A stretch of DNA of 63,940 bases, the filler included. It is 6 parts of 6 records of this genome, joined end to end, with 100 filler letters (N's around TTAATTAATTAA, not from the genome) between each part and the next. Parts side by side here need not be neighbours in the genome. Positions count along the whole stretch, not along the records: positions 1 to 29,038 come from SRR20825010_1669; 5 more parts are not named here. One strand, 5' to 3'. Both the position numbers and the translations under genes were made by a program. The notes beneath the pieces were generated by a model. That model made no database searches. It saw nothing but the letters and a program-made list of their open reading frames with translations, and had not been told where the DNA came from. Every line of letters begins with the position of its first letter. The first letter of the stretch is position 1. This document shows, piece after piece, positions 9,857 through 18,479 of this stretch.

Positions 9857-10443
9857 TCAGGTCATCCACAAAGAAGGCACTCGCCTACCCACTGGCAGGC
9901 GCTGCGCTTGCCCTGCTACTGACCGGCTGCATTCCCACTGTCCAGCGTCTGTGGGACGCCCAACCCGTGAGCGGCACGGTAATCGATGGCGACACCGGCG
10001 CCCCGATCAGCGGTGCCACCATCAGCCTGATTGCCTCCCCCGATGCCCCTGAGCCGCCGCGCACTGCCACCAGCAATGCGCACGGGGAATTTACCCTGCA
10101 CGGCAGCTCCCACATCGGTTTCCATATGGCCATGCCGGCCAGCTATCTGGCCTCGGACAAGTGGACAATCAGCCACCCGGACTACCCCGACGCCGTGGCC
10201 GAAACGCGCACCATCGCCCCCCCAACCGGTGAACAGCACCGGGAAATCACCGTACCGCTGTTCTCACATATAGAAACCACACCAGTGGAAGACTGCCCGT
10301 ACTTCCATTACCAACAACAGCTCACGCAGTGGATACAGCAACATTTCAATGAGGAAGCACGGCGACCCTTCCAGGACTCCCTGCTCACGCTTTGCCGTGA
10401 TCCCGAGCGTATTGAGAAAATTCTCGCCTCTCAGGAACCGTGA
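9853..10443 (+). CDS. Lipoprotein with carboxypeptidase-regulatory-like domain
   Basis: Lipobox LTGC, GTVIDGDTGAPISGATI and TSNAHGEF motifs; ATGA overlap with previous stop. Confidence 0.7.
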   Translation: MIRSSTKKALAYPLAGAALALLLTGCIPTVQRLWDAQPVSGTVIDGDTGAPISGATISLIASPDAPEPPRTATSNAHGEFTLHGSSHIGFHMAMPASYLASDKWTISHPDYPDAVAETRTIAPPTGEQHREITVPLFSHIETTPVEDCPYFHYQQQLTQWIQQHFNEEARRPFQDSLLTLCRDPERIEKILASQEP

Positions 10444-10481
10444 TTCAGCCAACCAGTCTGAGCTATACTGAAGACCAACGT

Positions 10482-10541
10482 CTGCCGTGGACGACCCGGC
10501 AGGCACCTCCATCGCATCAACCACATAACGGGGACGGCCCC
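10482..10541 (+). ncRNA. Guanidine-II (mini-ykkC) riboswitch
   Basis: Two GC-rich hairpins with ACGA and ACGG tetraloops (CTGCCG-T-GG-ACGA-CC-CGGCAG; GGGG-ACGG-CCCC) directly before the RBS of an SMR gene; TATACT -10 at 10464-10469. Confidence 0.85.
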
Positions 10542-10558
10542 ATGACAGGAGACACGTC

Positions 10559-10876
10559 ATGGCATGGGCCCTGGTTATTCTTGCAGGCATTATTGAAACC
10601 GGCTGGGCATTGGGGCTGAAAGCCAGCCACGGCTTTACCCGCCCGCTTCCCTCACTACTGACCCTCATCGGCATGGTCGCCAGCTTCTGGCTATTGGCCA
10701 AAGCCATGCAGACCTTGCCCGTGGGCACCGCCTACGCAGTGTGGACTGGCATCGGCACCATCGGCACTGTGCTGTTGGGTATTGTGCTGTTCCAGGATGC
10801 GGTTAACGCCCCACGGTTACTCTGTCTCGGGCTGATTCTGGCCGGCATAGTAGGGCTAAAAATCTTCACCCCCTGA
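10559..10876 (+). CDS. sugE: SMR-family guanidinium exporter Gdx/SugE
   Basis: 105 aa, 4 TM, Glu13 in TM1, LPVGTAYAVWTGIG; riboswitch upstream. Confidence 0.92.
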   Translation: MAWALVILAGIIETGWALGLKASHGFTRPLPSLLTLIGMVASFWLLAKAMQTLPVGTAYAVWTGIGTIGTVLLGIVLFQDAVNAPRLLCLGLILAGIVGLKIFTP

Positions 10877-10980
10877 AACGTCGACGGATATGCAGGCGTG
10901 TTCCCGCCACCGGTTCCCTGTACTATTACCCGTGAATCATGGCGGTCACGCCCCTCCGTTTCCCTCACCACAGGTCCCGC

Positions 10981-11445
10981 ATGCTCAATAACGACGTCCT
11001 TCGCCGCACCCGGTACATCTTCGATTTCGACGACACTCGCATGATCGGCGTTTTCGCCGAAGCCGGCGAAACCGTCACCCGGGAACAGGTCAGCGACTGG
11101 CTGAAAAAGGACGACGACCCGGCCTTTCAAAAATGTACCGATCGCACCCTGGCGATTTTTCTCAACGGCCTGATCAATGCACTGCGCGGCAAGAAACCCG
11201 GGCAACAACCGGAACCGGAAAGCCGCCTCACCAACAACATGATTTTCATGAAACTGAAGATCGCCCTGAACCTGCAGGCCGAAGACGTGCTGGCGGTGCT
11301 CGAGCTGGCCAACTTCCGCATGAGCAAACACGAACTCAGCGCCTTCTTCCGCAAACCCGGCCACAAGCACTATCGCGAGTGCAAGGACCAGATTCTGCGC
11401 AACTTTCTCAAAGGCTTGCAGATCCAGTTCAGGGATGGGGAATAG
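10981..11445 (+). CDS. DUF1456 (YehS) family protein
   Basis: MLNNDVLRR, NNMIFMKLKIAL, SKHELSAFFRK, DQILRNFLKGL. Confidence 0.9.
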   Translation: MLNNDVLRRTRYIFDFDDTRMIGVFAEAGETVTREQVSDWLKKDDDPAFQKCTDRTLAIFLNGLINALRGKKPGQQPEPESRLTNNMIFMKLKIALNLQAEDVLAVLELANFRMSKHELSAFFRKPGHKHYRECKDQILRNFLKGLQIQFRDGE

Positions 11446-11487
11446 CGGTGTCACGCTGGACACCAGACGCATAAAGCCTACGGCTCC

Positions 11488-12405
11488 CTAACGCACCGCC
11501 CTGATGCCACTCAAGGTCTTGAAGGACAGGTCACGGGCGGTACCGAGAAACTCCTGCACATAAGGCGTCTGTTCGTCCTCAGCTCGCACCGCCGCATAGA
11601 GCGTGCGCCACACCCCCTTTTCTCCGAGCCGCACGGTTTTCAGCAAGTCATGCTCGGTGTATTCCGTTAGCGCCCAGTTCGGCAGCGCTGCCACACCCCG
11701 GCCTGCCGCCACCAGTTGTGCGGTCATCGGGGTCAGCTCGGCGGTGCGGATAGCAGCAGGTTCGGCGCCGGCCGGATCCAGAAAGGCGGTGAACACATCC
11801 AGTCGTTGCCGCTCCACCGGGTAGGTAATCAAGGTCTGATCGGCGAAGTCTTCCGGAAGAATCCACTTCTGCGCCGCCAGCGGCGACTGCCGTGACACCG
11901 CCAGCACCAGCTCGTAGCGAAACAGCGGTACATAAAGTACAGCCTCATTTTCCACCGGGTCGGAACTGATCACCATGTCCAGGTCCCCGCGCACCAACGC
12001 CGGCAACGGGGCAAAACTGAAAGCCGCAGACAGATCCAGCTCCACTTCCGGCCAGTGTTCCCGAAACGCGTCCAGGGCCGGCATCAGCCACTGAAAACAA
12101 GAATGGCACTCAATGGCGATATGCAGCCGCCCGGTCTGCCCGGCGGCCAGGCGCTTCAGCTCCCTCTCCGTCTGCTGCACCCGGGGAAGAATCTCCCGCC
12201 CCAACGCCAGCAATCGCAACCCGGCGGTGGTAAAGCGCACCGGACGGGAGCGCCGCACGACCAATTCCATGCCCAGGCGATGCTCCAGATCTTTCAGCTG
12301 GTGCGATAAGGCTGACTGGGTGACATGCAGCCGATCTGCCGCGTCCACCATTGAGCCCGCCTCATCCATCGCCAGCAGGGTGGCAAGATGTCGTAATTCC
12401 AGCAT
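11488..12405 (-). CDS. metR: LysR-family methionine regulator MetR
   Basis: LysR HTH TQSALSHQ and MetR signature IECHSCFQWLMP; divergent from the methionine synthase genes. Confidence 0.92.
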   Translation of the reverse strand: MLELRHLATLLAMDEAGSMVDAADRLHVTQSALSHQLKDLEHRLGMELVVRRSRPVRFTTAGLRLLALGREILPRVQQTERELKRLAAGQTGRLHIAIECHSCFQWLMPALDAFREHWPEVELDLSAAFSFAPLPALVRGDLDMVISSDPVENEAVLYVPLFRYELVLAVSRQSPLAAQKWILPEDFADQTLITYPVERQRLDVFTAFLDPAGAEPAAIRTAELTPMTAQLVAAGRGVAALPNWALTEYTEHDLLKTVRLGEKGVWRTLYAAVRAEDEQTPYVQEFLGTARDLSFKTLSGIRAVR

Positions 12406-12557
12406 CTGATCCTCCAACATGTTCCATTGTGAGACGGGGGGTTACATCGCCGTGCGCCCCTGCAACAAGCTCTCGCATTGCAACGCCGCAAACCTCGCAC
12501 CCACCCGGTGTTACGCACCCCGACAGTCAGGTTGCGCGTTTCAGGGATAACGCCAAG

Positions 12558-12572
12558 ATGAGGATATCTCAT
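12558..12572. promoter_or_regulatory. Probable MetR-binding palindrome
   Basis: ATGAG-GATAT-CTCAT (TGA-N7-TCA LysR-type dyad) in the metR-mesX divergent intergenic region. Confidence 0.6.
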
Positions 12573-12701
12573 GAAATGTTGAAATAATACCAATTAAATT
12601 CAAGTCGCGCCTTGGGCATAATGGCCACCAATCAGGTTGCATTGCGGTACACGCACTGCGATGCAAGCCATGCCCAATACTGACGCGGACGCCCTGTCAT
12701 C

Positions 12702-13679
12702 ATGAGCAACGAATTCACTTTCAGCATCAAGCGCATTAGTTTCGACGAGGATTACCGTCCATCCGACAACACGCGCATTACCACCAACTTTGCCAACCTG
12801 GCCCGGGGTGAGCGACGCCGGGAAAACCTGCGCGACACCCTGACGATGATCAACAACCGGTTCAACGCGCTGGCACATTGGGACAACCCCAACGGCGACC
12901 GATACACCGTGCAACACGACATTGTGTCGGTGGATATCGACATCGAAGGCAAGGGCGAAACCTTCCCGACCATTGAAATACTGAAAACCCGTATCTTTGA
13001 CCGGCACACCAACAAGCATATCGAAGGGGTGGTCGGGAACAATTTTTCCTCTTACCTGCGGGACTATGACTTCAGCATCGCCCTGCAGAACCATAACAAG
13101 GACCAGCCGCACTTCAGCATCCCTGAAAATTTCGGCGATCTGCACGGCAAGCTGTTCAAACATTTCGTTAACTCAAGCGCTTACCAGGAAAACTTCAGCA
13201 AATTGCCGGTGATCTGTATCAGCGTATCGGATAACAAGGTGTACACCCGCACCGAGAATCATCACCCCGTTTTGGGGTTTGAGTACCTGCCCAATGAATC
13301 GTCACTGACTGAGAGTTACTTCAAGAAAATGGGGTTGAGCGTGCGCTATTTCATGCCGCCCCACAGCGTGGCGCCGCTGGCCTTTTTCTTCTTTGGCGAC
13401 CTGGTGAACGATTACACCAACCTGGAGCTGATCAGCACCATCAGCACCATGGAAACGTTCCAGAGAATCTATCGGCCCGAGATTTACAACGCCAATTCCG
13501 AAGCCGGCAATCGCTACCAGCCCAGCCTGAAGCACTCGGACTACTCCCTTACCCGCATTCACTATGACCGGGAAGAACGCAGTCAATTGGCCGTCAAGCA
13601 AGGAAAATTCACTGAGGAAAACCTGATCGAGCCTTACCGAACGGTGCTGAATCAGTGGTCCGCGAATTACGGCATTTAA
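12702..13679 (+). CDS. mesX: MesX (DUF1852), putative oxygenase partner of MesD
   Basis: TRITTNFANLARGE, GNNFSSYLRDYDFS, IYRPEIYNANS; directly upstream of MesD. Confidence 0.9.
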   Translation: MSNEFTFSIKRISFDEDYRPSDNTRITTNFANLARGERRRENLRDTLTMINNRFNALAHWDNPNGDRYTVQHDIVSVDIDIEGKGETFPTIEILKTRIFDRHTNKHIEGVVGNNFSSYLRDYDFSIALQNHNKDQPHFSIPENFGDLHGKLFKHFVNSSAYQENFSKLPVICISVSDNKVYTRTENHHPVLGFEYLPNESSLTESYFKKMGLSVRYFMPPHSVAPLAFFFFGDLVNDYTNLELISTISTMETFQRIYRPEIYNANSEAGNRYQPSLKHSDYSLTRIHYDREERSQLAVKQGKFTEENLIEPYRTVLNQWSANYGI

Positions 13680-13698
13680 CTCATACACGGCAGTACAG

Positions 13699-14727
13699 AT
13701 GATGAAACGATTGTTACCCACATCCACGGCGGGCAGTTTGCCCAAGCCTTCCTGGCTGGCCGAACCCGAAACGCTCTGGTCCCCCTGGAAGTTGCAGGGC
13801 GAGGCTCTCATTGAAGGCAAACAGGACGCCCTGCGCCTGAGCTTGCATGAGCAGCAACTGGCCGGCATCGATATCGTCAGCGATGGTGAACAAACCCGCC
13901 AGCACTTCGTGACCACCTTTATCGAGCACCTGGACGGAGTGGATTTCGAGAAACGCGAGACGGTGAAGATTCGCGACCGTTACGATGCCAGTGTCCCCAC
14001 AGTCGTGGGGGCGGTTAGCCGCCAGAAACCGGTGTTTGTGGACAATGCCCGCTTTCTGCGTGAGCAAACACAACAACCGATCAAATGGGCCCTGCCCGGC
14101 CCCATGACCATGATCGATACGCTTTACGATGCCCATTACAAAAGCCGGGAAAAGCTGGCCTGGGAATTCGCTAAAATACTCAATCAGGAAGCCAGGGAAC
14201 TGGAGGCGGCAGGCGTTGACATCATTCAGTTCGACGAGCCGGCCTTTAATGTATTTTTTGATGAAGTGAATGACTGGGGCGTGGCCACACTGGAAAAAGC
14301 CATTGAAGGGCTCAAGTGTGAGACCGCCGTGCATATCTGTTATGGCTACGGCATCAAAGCCAATACCGACTGGAAAAAAACGCTGGGCTCCGAGTGGCGA
14401 CAATATGAAGAAGCCTTCCCCAGGCTGCAGGCCTCAAGCATCGACATGGTGTCCCTGGAGTGCCACAACTCCCACGTCCCTATGGATCTGATTGAGTTGA
14501 TTCGCGGCAAGAAAGTGATGGTGGGCGCCATTGATGTGGCGACCCAGACCGTTGAAAGCCCCGAGGAAGTGGCCAACACCTTGCGCCAGGCGCTGCAGTT
14601 TGTGGATGCCGACAAGCTGTACCCGTGCACCAACTGCGGCATGGCGCCTCTGCCTCGCCAGGTTGCCAGAGGCAAGCTGCGGGCATTGAGTGCCGGTGCC
14701 GAAATCGTGCGCAATGAACTTGCCTGA
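13699..14727 (+). CDS. mesD: Folate-independent core methionine synthase MesD
   Basis: Single MetE C-terminal-like domain; zinc ligands HICYGYG and PCTNCG; GSLPKPSWLAEP. Confidence 0.9.
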   Translation: MMKRLLPTSTAGSLPKPSWLAEPETLWSPWKLQGEALIEGKQDALRLSLHEQQLAGIDIVSDGEQTRQHFVTTFIEHLDGVDFEKRETVKIRDRYDASVPTVVGAVSRQKPVFVDNARFLREQTQQPIKWALPGPMTMIDTLYDAHYKSREKLAWEFAKILNQEARELEAAGVDIIQFDEPAFNVFFDEVNDWGVATLEKAIEGLKCETAVHICYGYGIKANTDWKKTLGSEWRQYEEAFPRLQASSIDMVSLECHNSHVPMDLIELIRGKKVMVGAIDVATQTVESPEEVANTLRQALQFVDADKLYPCTNCGMAPLPRQVARGKLRALSAGAEIVRNELA

Positions 14728-14810
14728 ATCCTGTGGGAAGAGCGAGCGCCCGACCGCGCCGCCTCTTCCCTGAGCCACCCGTTTGCGTTACGCCCTATTC
14801 TGGAATCACT

Positions 14811-15320
14811 ATGTCACTGACCACCACGGCCATCGACCCTCTGCATTTTCGCAAAGCGCTCAGCCATTTCGCCTCCGGACTCACCGTGATTACGTCGCAC
14901 ATCGATGACGAGCCCATTGGCTTTACCTGTCAATCGTTCTACAGCGTATCGACAACCCCACCGTTGGTGTCATTCAGTGTGAAGCGAGATTCTTTCAGCT
15001 ACCCCAAGATCCGTCGGGCGGGCCGGTTTGCGGTGAACATCCTCTCGGATGAACAGAAGGCGGTATCCAACCTCTTTGCGCAACAGGGCGCAGACAAGTG
15101 GAAAGAAATCGACTGGAACACCTCTCCCCTGGGCAACCCGTTGATTGGCGGCAGCCTGCACTGGCTCGACTGTGACATTCACGCCGAACATGAAGCCGGC
15201 GATCACCTGATCGTGATTGGTGAAGTGCGGGCACTGAGTCTGCAGCAAGCGGCAACCACACAGCCGCTCCTGTATTTCAAAGGGCAATACTGCAATCTGG
15301 ATGCGACGTTCAGCCCCTGA
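14811..15320 (+). CDS. Flavin reductase family protein
   Basis: FRKALSHFASG, GFTCQSF-x-SVS-x-x-PP, AGDH motifs. Confidence 0.9.
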   Translation: MSLTTTAIDPLHFRKALSHFASGLTVITSHIDDEPIGFTCQSFYSVSTTPPLVSFSVKRDSFSYPKIRRAGRFAVNILSDEQKAVSNLFAQQGADKWKEIDWNTSPLGNPLIGGSLHWLDCDIHAEHEAGDHLIVIGEVRALSLQQAATTQPLLYFKGQYCNLDATFSP

Positions 15321-15392
15321 GCCCCCCTCACTTCCGATTCGTTCTTTCTGTCATCACGCCGCCAACCTGTGCGGCTTTTCCAAGGGTTTAAC

Positions 15393-16175
15393 ATGGAATT
15401 TTTGCTTTATTTGATTCTGGGTGCGGCGGCCGGGGTATTGGCGGGTCTGTTTGGGGTCGGCGGCGGCATCATCATCGTACCGGTACTGGTTCTGAGCTTT
15501 ACCGCCCAGGGCGTTGATCCACAAGTATTGACGCATCTCGCCGTTGGCACCTCACTGGCCACTATCATCTTCACCTCCATCAATTCGGTGATGGAGCATC
15601 ATCGCAAAGGCGCGGTGCAATGGCCCATTTTCACCTGGATGACAATAGGCATACTGCTTGGAGCGGGGCTTGGCTCACTGACGGCTGCGTCAATTCAGGG
15701 GCCGATGCTTCAGAAGATCATTGGCGTATTTGCCATCGTTATTGCCATTCAAATGGCGTTCGACCTGAAACCCAAAGGCAGCCGCGCCGTGCCTGGCAAG
15801 CTGGGACTGACCGCCGCTGGCGGGGTCATTGGCTGGGCCTCGGCGATCTTTGGCATCGGCGGCGGCACTCTGAATGTGCCCTTTCTCACCTGGCGCAGCC
15901 TGCCCATGCAACAAGCGGTGGCCACCTCGTCGGCTTGCGGACTGCCCATCGCCGCGGCCAGTGCCTTGAGTTTCATGCTGATTGGCTGGAACCAGCCACA
16001 ACTGCCCGAGTGGAGCCTGGGTTACGTGTACCTTCCAGCTATGGTCGGGGTCGCCTTTACCAGCATGTTCTTTGCCCGTTTTGGCGCACGCCTGGCACAC
16101 CGGTTGTCGCCACGGCTGCTGAAACGGCTGTTCGCCCTGTTGCTGCTGTGCGTGGGAGTGAATTTTCTCGTTTGA
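15393..16175 (+). CDS. TauE/SafE sulfite exporter family protein
   Basis: GLFGVGGG and FGIGGG repeats, AVGTSL/AVATSS, about 8 TM. Confidence 0.9.
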   Translation: MEFLLYLILGAAAGVLAGLFGVGGGIIIVPVLVLSFTAQGVDPQVLTHLAVGTSLATIIFTSINSVMEHHRKGAVQWPIFTWMTIGILLGAGLGSLTAASIQGPMLQKIIGVFAIVIAIQMAFDLKPKGSRAVPGKLGLTAAGGVIGWASAIFGIGGGTLNVPFLTWRSLPMQQAVATSSACGLPIAAASALSFMLIGWNQPQLPEWSLGYVYLPAMVGVAFTSMFFARFGARLAHRLSPRLLKRLFALLLLCVGVNFLV

Positions 16176-16243
16176 GGCGCACGTGTGACGTTATTCATTA
16201 CTGATATCGTGGTAACGCTTACATGGCAATGAGCGCAATACTC

Positions 16244-16352
16244 AGTTGCGAGCGGCGAGCGGCGAGAGACGAGTTTCAAAATTCAAAAACCTGCAACCTG
16301 TAATGCATAAAGGTTTTCGCAACTGGAAACCCGCTTCTCGTGCCTCTCAGCT
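16244..16352. repeat. 7-nt-periodic inverted-arm element
   Basis: AGTTGCG-AGCGGCG-AGCGGCG-AGAGACG-AGTTTCA ... CGCAACT-GGAAACC-CGCTTCT-CGTGCCT-CTCAGCT; overlaps the nasS stop. Confidence 0.55.
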
Positions 16353-17513
16353 TTCAGCCTGATCTTCGATCACTTTCAACAACCTGTCCGGCCCCAGCTC
16401 CAAGGGGGTCGGCTCACCGGGCAGCTGCCAATGGCCTGCATGACGCTCGGCGGGCTTGCTGTCCATAATCGGCAGGCTGGTCAAGTCAGCCAGGGCATCA
16501 CGGAACAGATCCGTGCGATAGCACTGGGCGGCAAACGTTTTCGTTTCTTCCAGCGAACACTGTCGCCAGCGCTGCATTTCCTGCAGCAGAAAAACGGCAT
16601 CGGAACGCCAGGGGAAGTTGGCGTGAAAACCGGCAAACACATGAAAGTGATGAGCAGGAAACGGCTGGCCAGTCAGGCCGCCGGGCAAGCGTTGACTGAA
16701 CGGCGCACGAAGGATTTCTTCCGGTACATCCAGCCACGCGGGATGGGCCAGTAACGACAGACTCTCCACCAGATTCTCATCCGCATGGCAGGCCGCCTTG
16801 TACAGCGCCCGCAGCAACGCGCGATGGGTATCTGGATGACGTGACACCCAGTCACGGGATACCGCCAGCACCTTCTCCGGAGCATTTTCCCAAATCTGAT
16901 AACCGGACAAAATACAGTGCCCGGCACCGGTCAGTGCAGCCAAACTATTCCACGGTTCGCCCACACAGAAACCATCAATGTGGCCCATGCGCAGGTGATC
17001 CACCATTTGTGACGGCGGCAGCACCACCAACTTCACATCATGATCCGGATCCAGCCCGGCTACGCTCAACCAGTGACGCAGTTGATAGGCATGGCAGGAA
17101 AACGGAAAGACCACGGCGAGTACCAACGGGGCTTCCCCACTGGAGGCACGGGCCGCCACCAGCTTGTTCATGGCCGCGGCGATGTCATTGGGCGTGGGGC
17201 CTTCCGACAACGCACACAAACCTTGAAACAGCATCGGCGAAACGGTCACGCCATTACCGTTCAGGCCCATGGAAAACGCCGTGGCGAGGGGTTTCTTGAT
17301 GCACCCCAACCCCAGGGACGTAGACAACAGCATGGGCGCCAACATGGGTGCTGCATCCAGTTGCCCCACCAGTAATCGATCGCGCAGGCTGGCCCAGCTC
17401 CATTCCGGTTGCAGCTCCACATCCAGCCCTTCGGCGGCAAAGAACCCGGCCTCCTGGGCCACCACCAGCGGCAAGCTGTCTGTCAGTGGCATATAGCCGA
17501 TACGAATTTTCAT
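16347..17513 (-). CDS. nasS: Cytoplasmic NrtA/CmpA-like nitrate sensor NasS
   Basis: GYMPLTD, GFCVGEPWNS, PEKVL motifs; no signal peptide; downstream of an ANTAR regulator. Confidence 0.85.
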   Translation of the reverse strand: MKIRIGYMPLTDSLPLVVAQEAGFFAAEGLDVELQPEWSWASLRDRLLVGQLDAAPMLAPMLLSTSLGLGCIKKPLATAFSMGLNGNGVTVSPMLFQGLCALSEGPTPNDIAAAMNKLVAARASSGEAPLVLAVVFPFSCHAYQLRHWLSVAGLDPDHDVKLVVLPPSQMVDHLRMGHIDGFCVGEPWNSLAALTGAGHCILSGYQIWENAPEKVLAVSRDWVSRHPDTHRALLRALYKAACHADENLVESLSLLAHPAWLDVPEEILRAPFSQRLPGGLTGQPFPAHHFHVFAGFHANFPWRSDAVFLLQEMQRWRQCSLEETKTFAAQCYRTDLFRDALADLTSLPIMDSKPAERHAGHWQLPGEPTPLELGPDRLLKVIEDQAES

Positions 17514-17662
17514 TCTGGTTGCTCCGTGAACGCTGCACGGCGAGTGCTGGACGCCTGACGGCGAACTGGCCTGGCGCCCACTACGGCAGGAGCCCGGCTC
17601 ACCGTCTTTTCCGGTGTCTCAATCAGGCTGCGCGCCTTCATCAATGGCATCACTCGTCGCAT
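17510..17662 (-). CDS. Putative 50-aa basic small protein between nasT and nasS
   Basis: AGGAG RBS 5 nt before ATG; ORF MRRVMPLMKARSLIETPEK...TEQPE; stop overlaps the nasS start (ATGA). Confidence 0.45.
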   Translation of the reverse strand: MRRVMPLMKARSLIETPEKTVSRAPAVVGARPVRRQASSTRRAAFTEQPE

Positions 17663-17711
17663 CTTGTCTCCTGTTTTTCCGTCGTGCGCCCGGCCTCAGA
17701 CGCCCAGCAAG

Positions 17712-18299
17712 TTATCCCTGCGCCTTGAGCATTTCGGCATAATCCAGCACCGACTGAGCCACCTGGATCAGCGGCTGACCACTGTTCATGGCCTGGCGTC
17801 GCAGGGTGCTATAGGCATCCTGTTCATTGAGCCGACGACGCTGCATCAGCAACCCTTTCGCACGCTCAATGATCTTCCGCTCAGCCAGGGCTTCACGGGT
17901 TTCTTCCAACTCTTCACGCAACGCCTGGTACTCTCGAAAACGGGCCGTCGCCACCCGCATGACACCGCGCACCCGGGTCAGATCGGTTTCTCCAGCCACG
18001 TAGGCGCTAACACCCGCGCGCAGCGCCGCCACCACCAGCTCTTCGTCGTCCTTGTTGCAGAACATGACCATAGGTCGCGGGATATCCCGCTGCACCAGCG
18101 CCATGCTTTCCAGGGTGTCCCGGTCAGGCGCATCCATGTCGACAATCACCACATCCGGATTACTGCTGCGCACCTTCTCTGCCAAACCGGCGGCACTGGT
18201 CAGGCGGCACAGGATCTCGTGGCCCTCATCAATGAGTGCCCGCTCGAGAATCGCGGCACGGGGTGGCTGGTCATCTACCAGCATGATTTTCAGAGCCAT
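17712..18299 (-). CDS. nasT: ANTAR-domain response regulator NasT
   Basis: Receiver-like N-terminus plus ANTAR motif IERAKGLLM...AY-x-x-LRRQAM. Confidence 0.92.
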   Translation of the reverse strand: MALKIMLVDDQPPRAAILERALIDEGHEILCRLTSAAGLAEKVRSSNPDVVIVDMDAPDRDTLESMALVQRDIPRPMVMFCNKDDEELVVAALRAGVSAYVAGETDLTRVRGVMRVATARFREYQALREELEETREALAERKIIERAKGLLMQRRRLNEQDAYSTLRRQAMNSGQPLIQVAQSVLDYAEMLKAQG

Positions 18300-18359
18300 C
18301 TTATTTTCAGAACCATCATGTCAGGCGCGTCCGGAATCGCTGTCGTTACGGGTTGTTTT

Positions 18360-18374
18360 GCAACGGTTGTGCCA
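18360..18374 (-). promoter_or_regulatory. sigma54 promoter of nasT
   Basis: Minus strand TGGCACAACCGTTGC matches -24/-12; NtrC-like GCAC-N7-GTGC/GCACCA boxes at about 18429-18475. Confidence 0.8.
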
Positions 18375-18479
18375 GTCATCACATTCTTAACCTGATGATT
18401 TTCAATGTGTTTCGTTTTTTCCTGAGCCAGCACCGAAAAAGTGCACCAAGGCGACGCACCGCTCGGCACCAAAATGTGA

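Noticed and set aside
12420-12550. Possible SAH/SAM riboswitch in the metR leader
   Set aside because: Lacks the conserved SAH (GAGGAGCG...CAGGCTC) or SAM core motifs.
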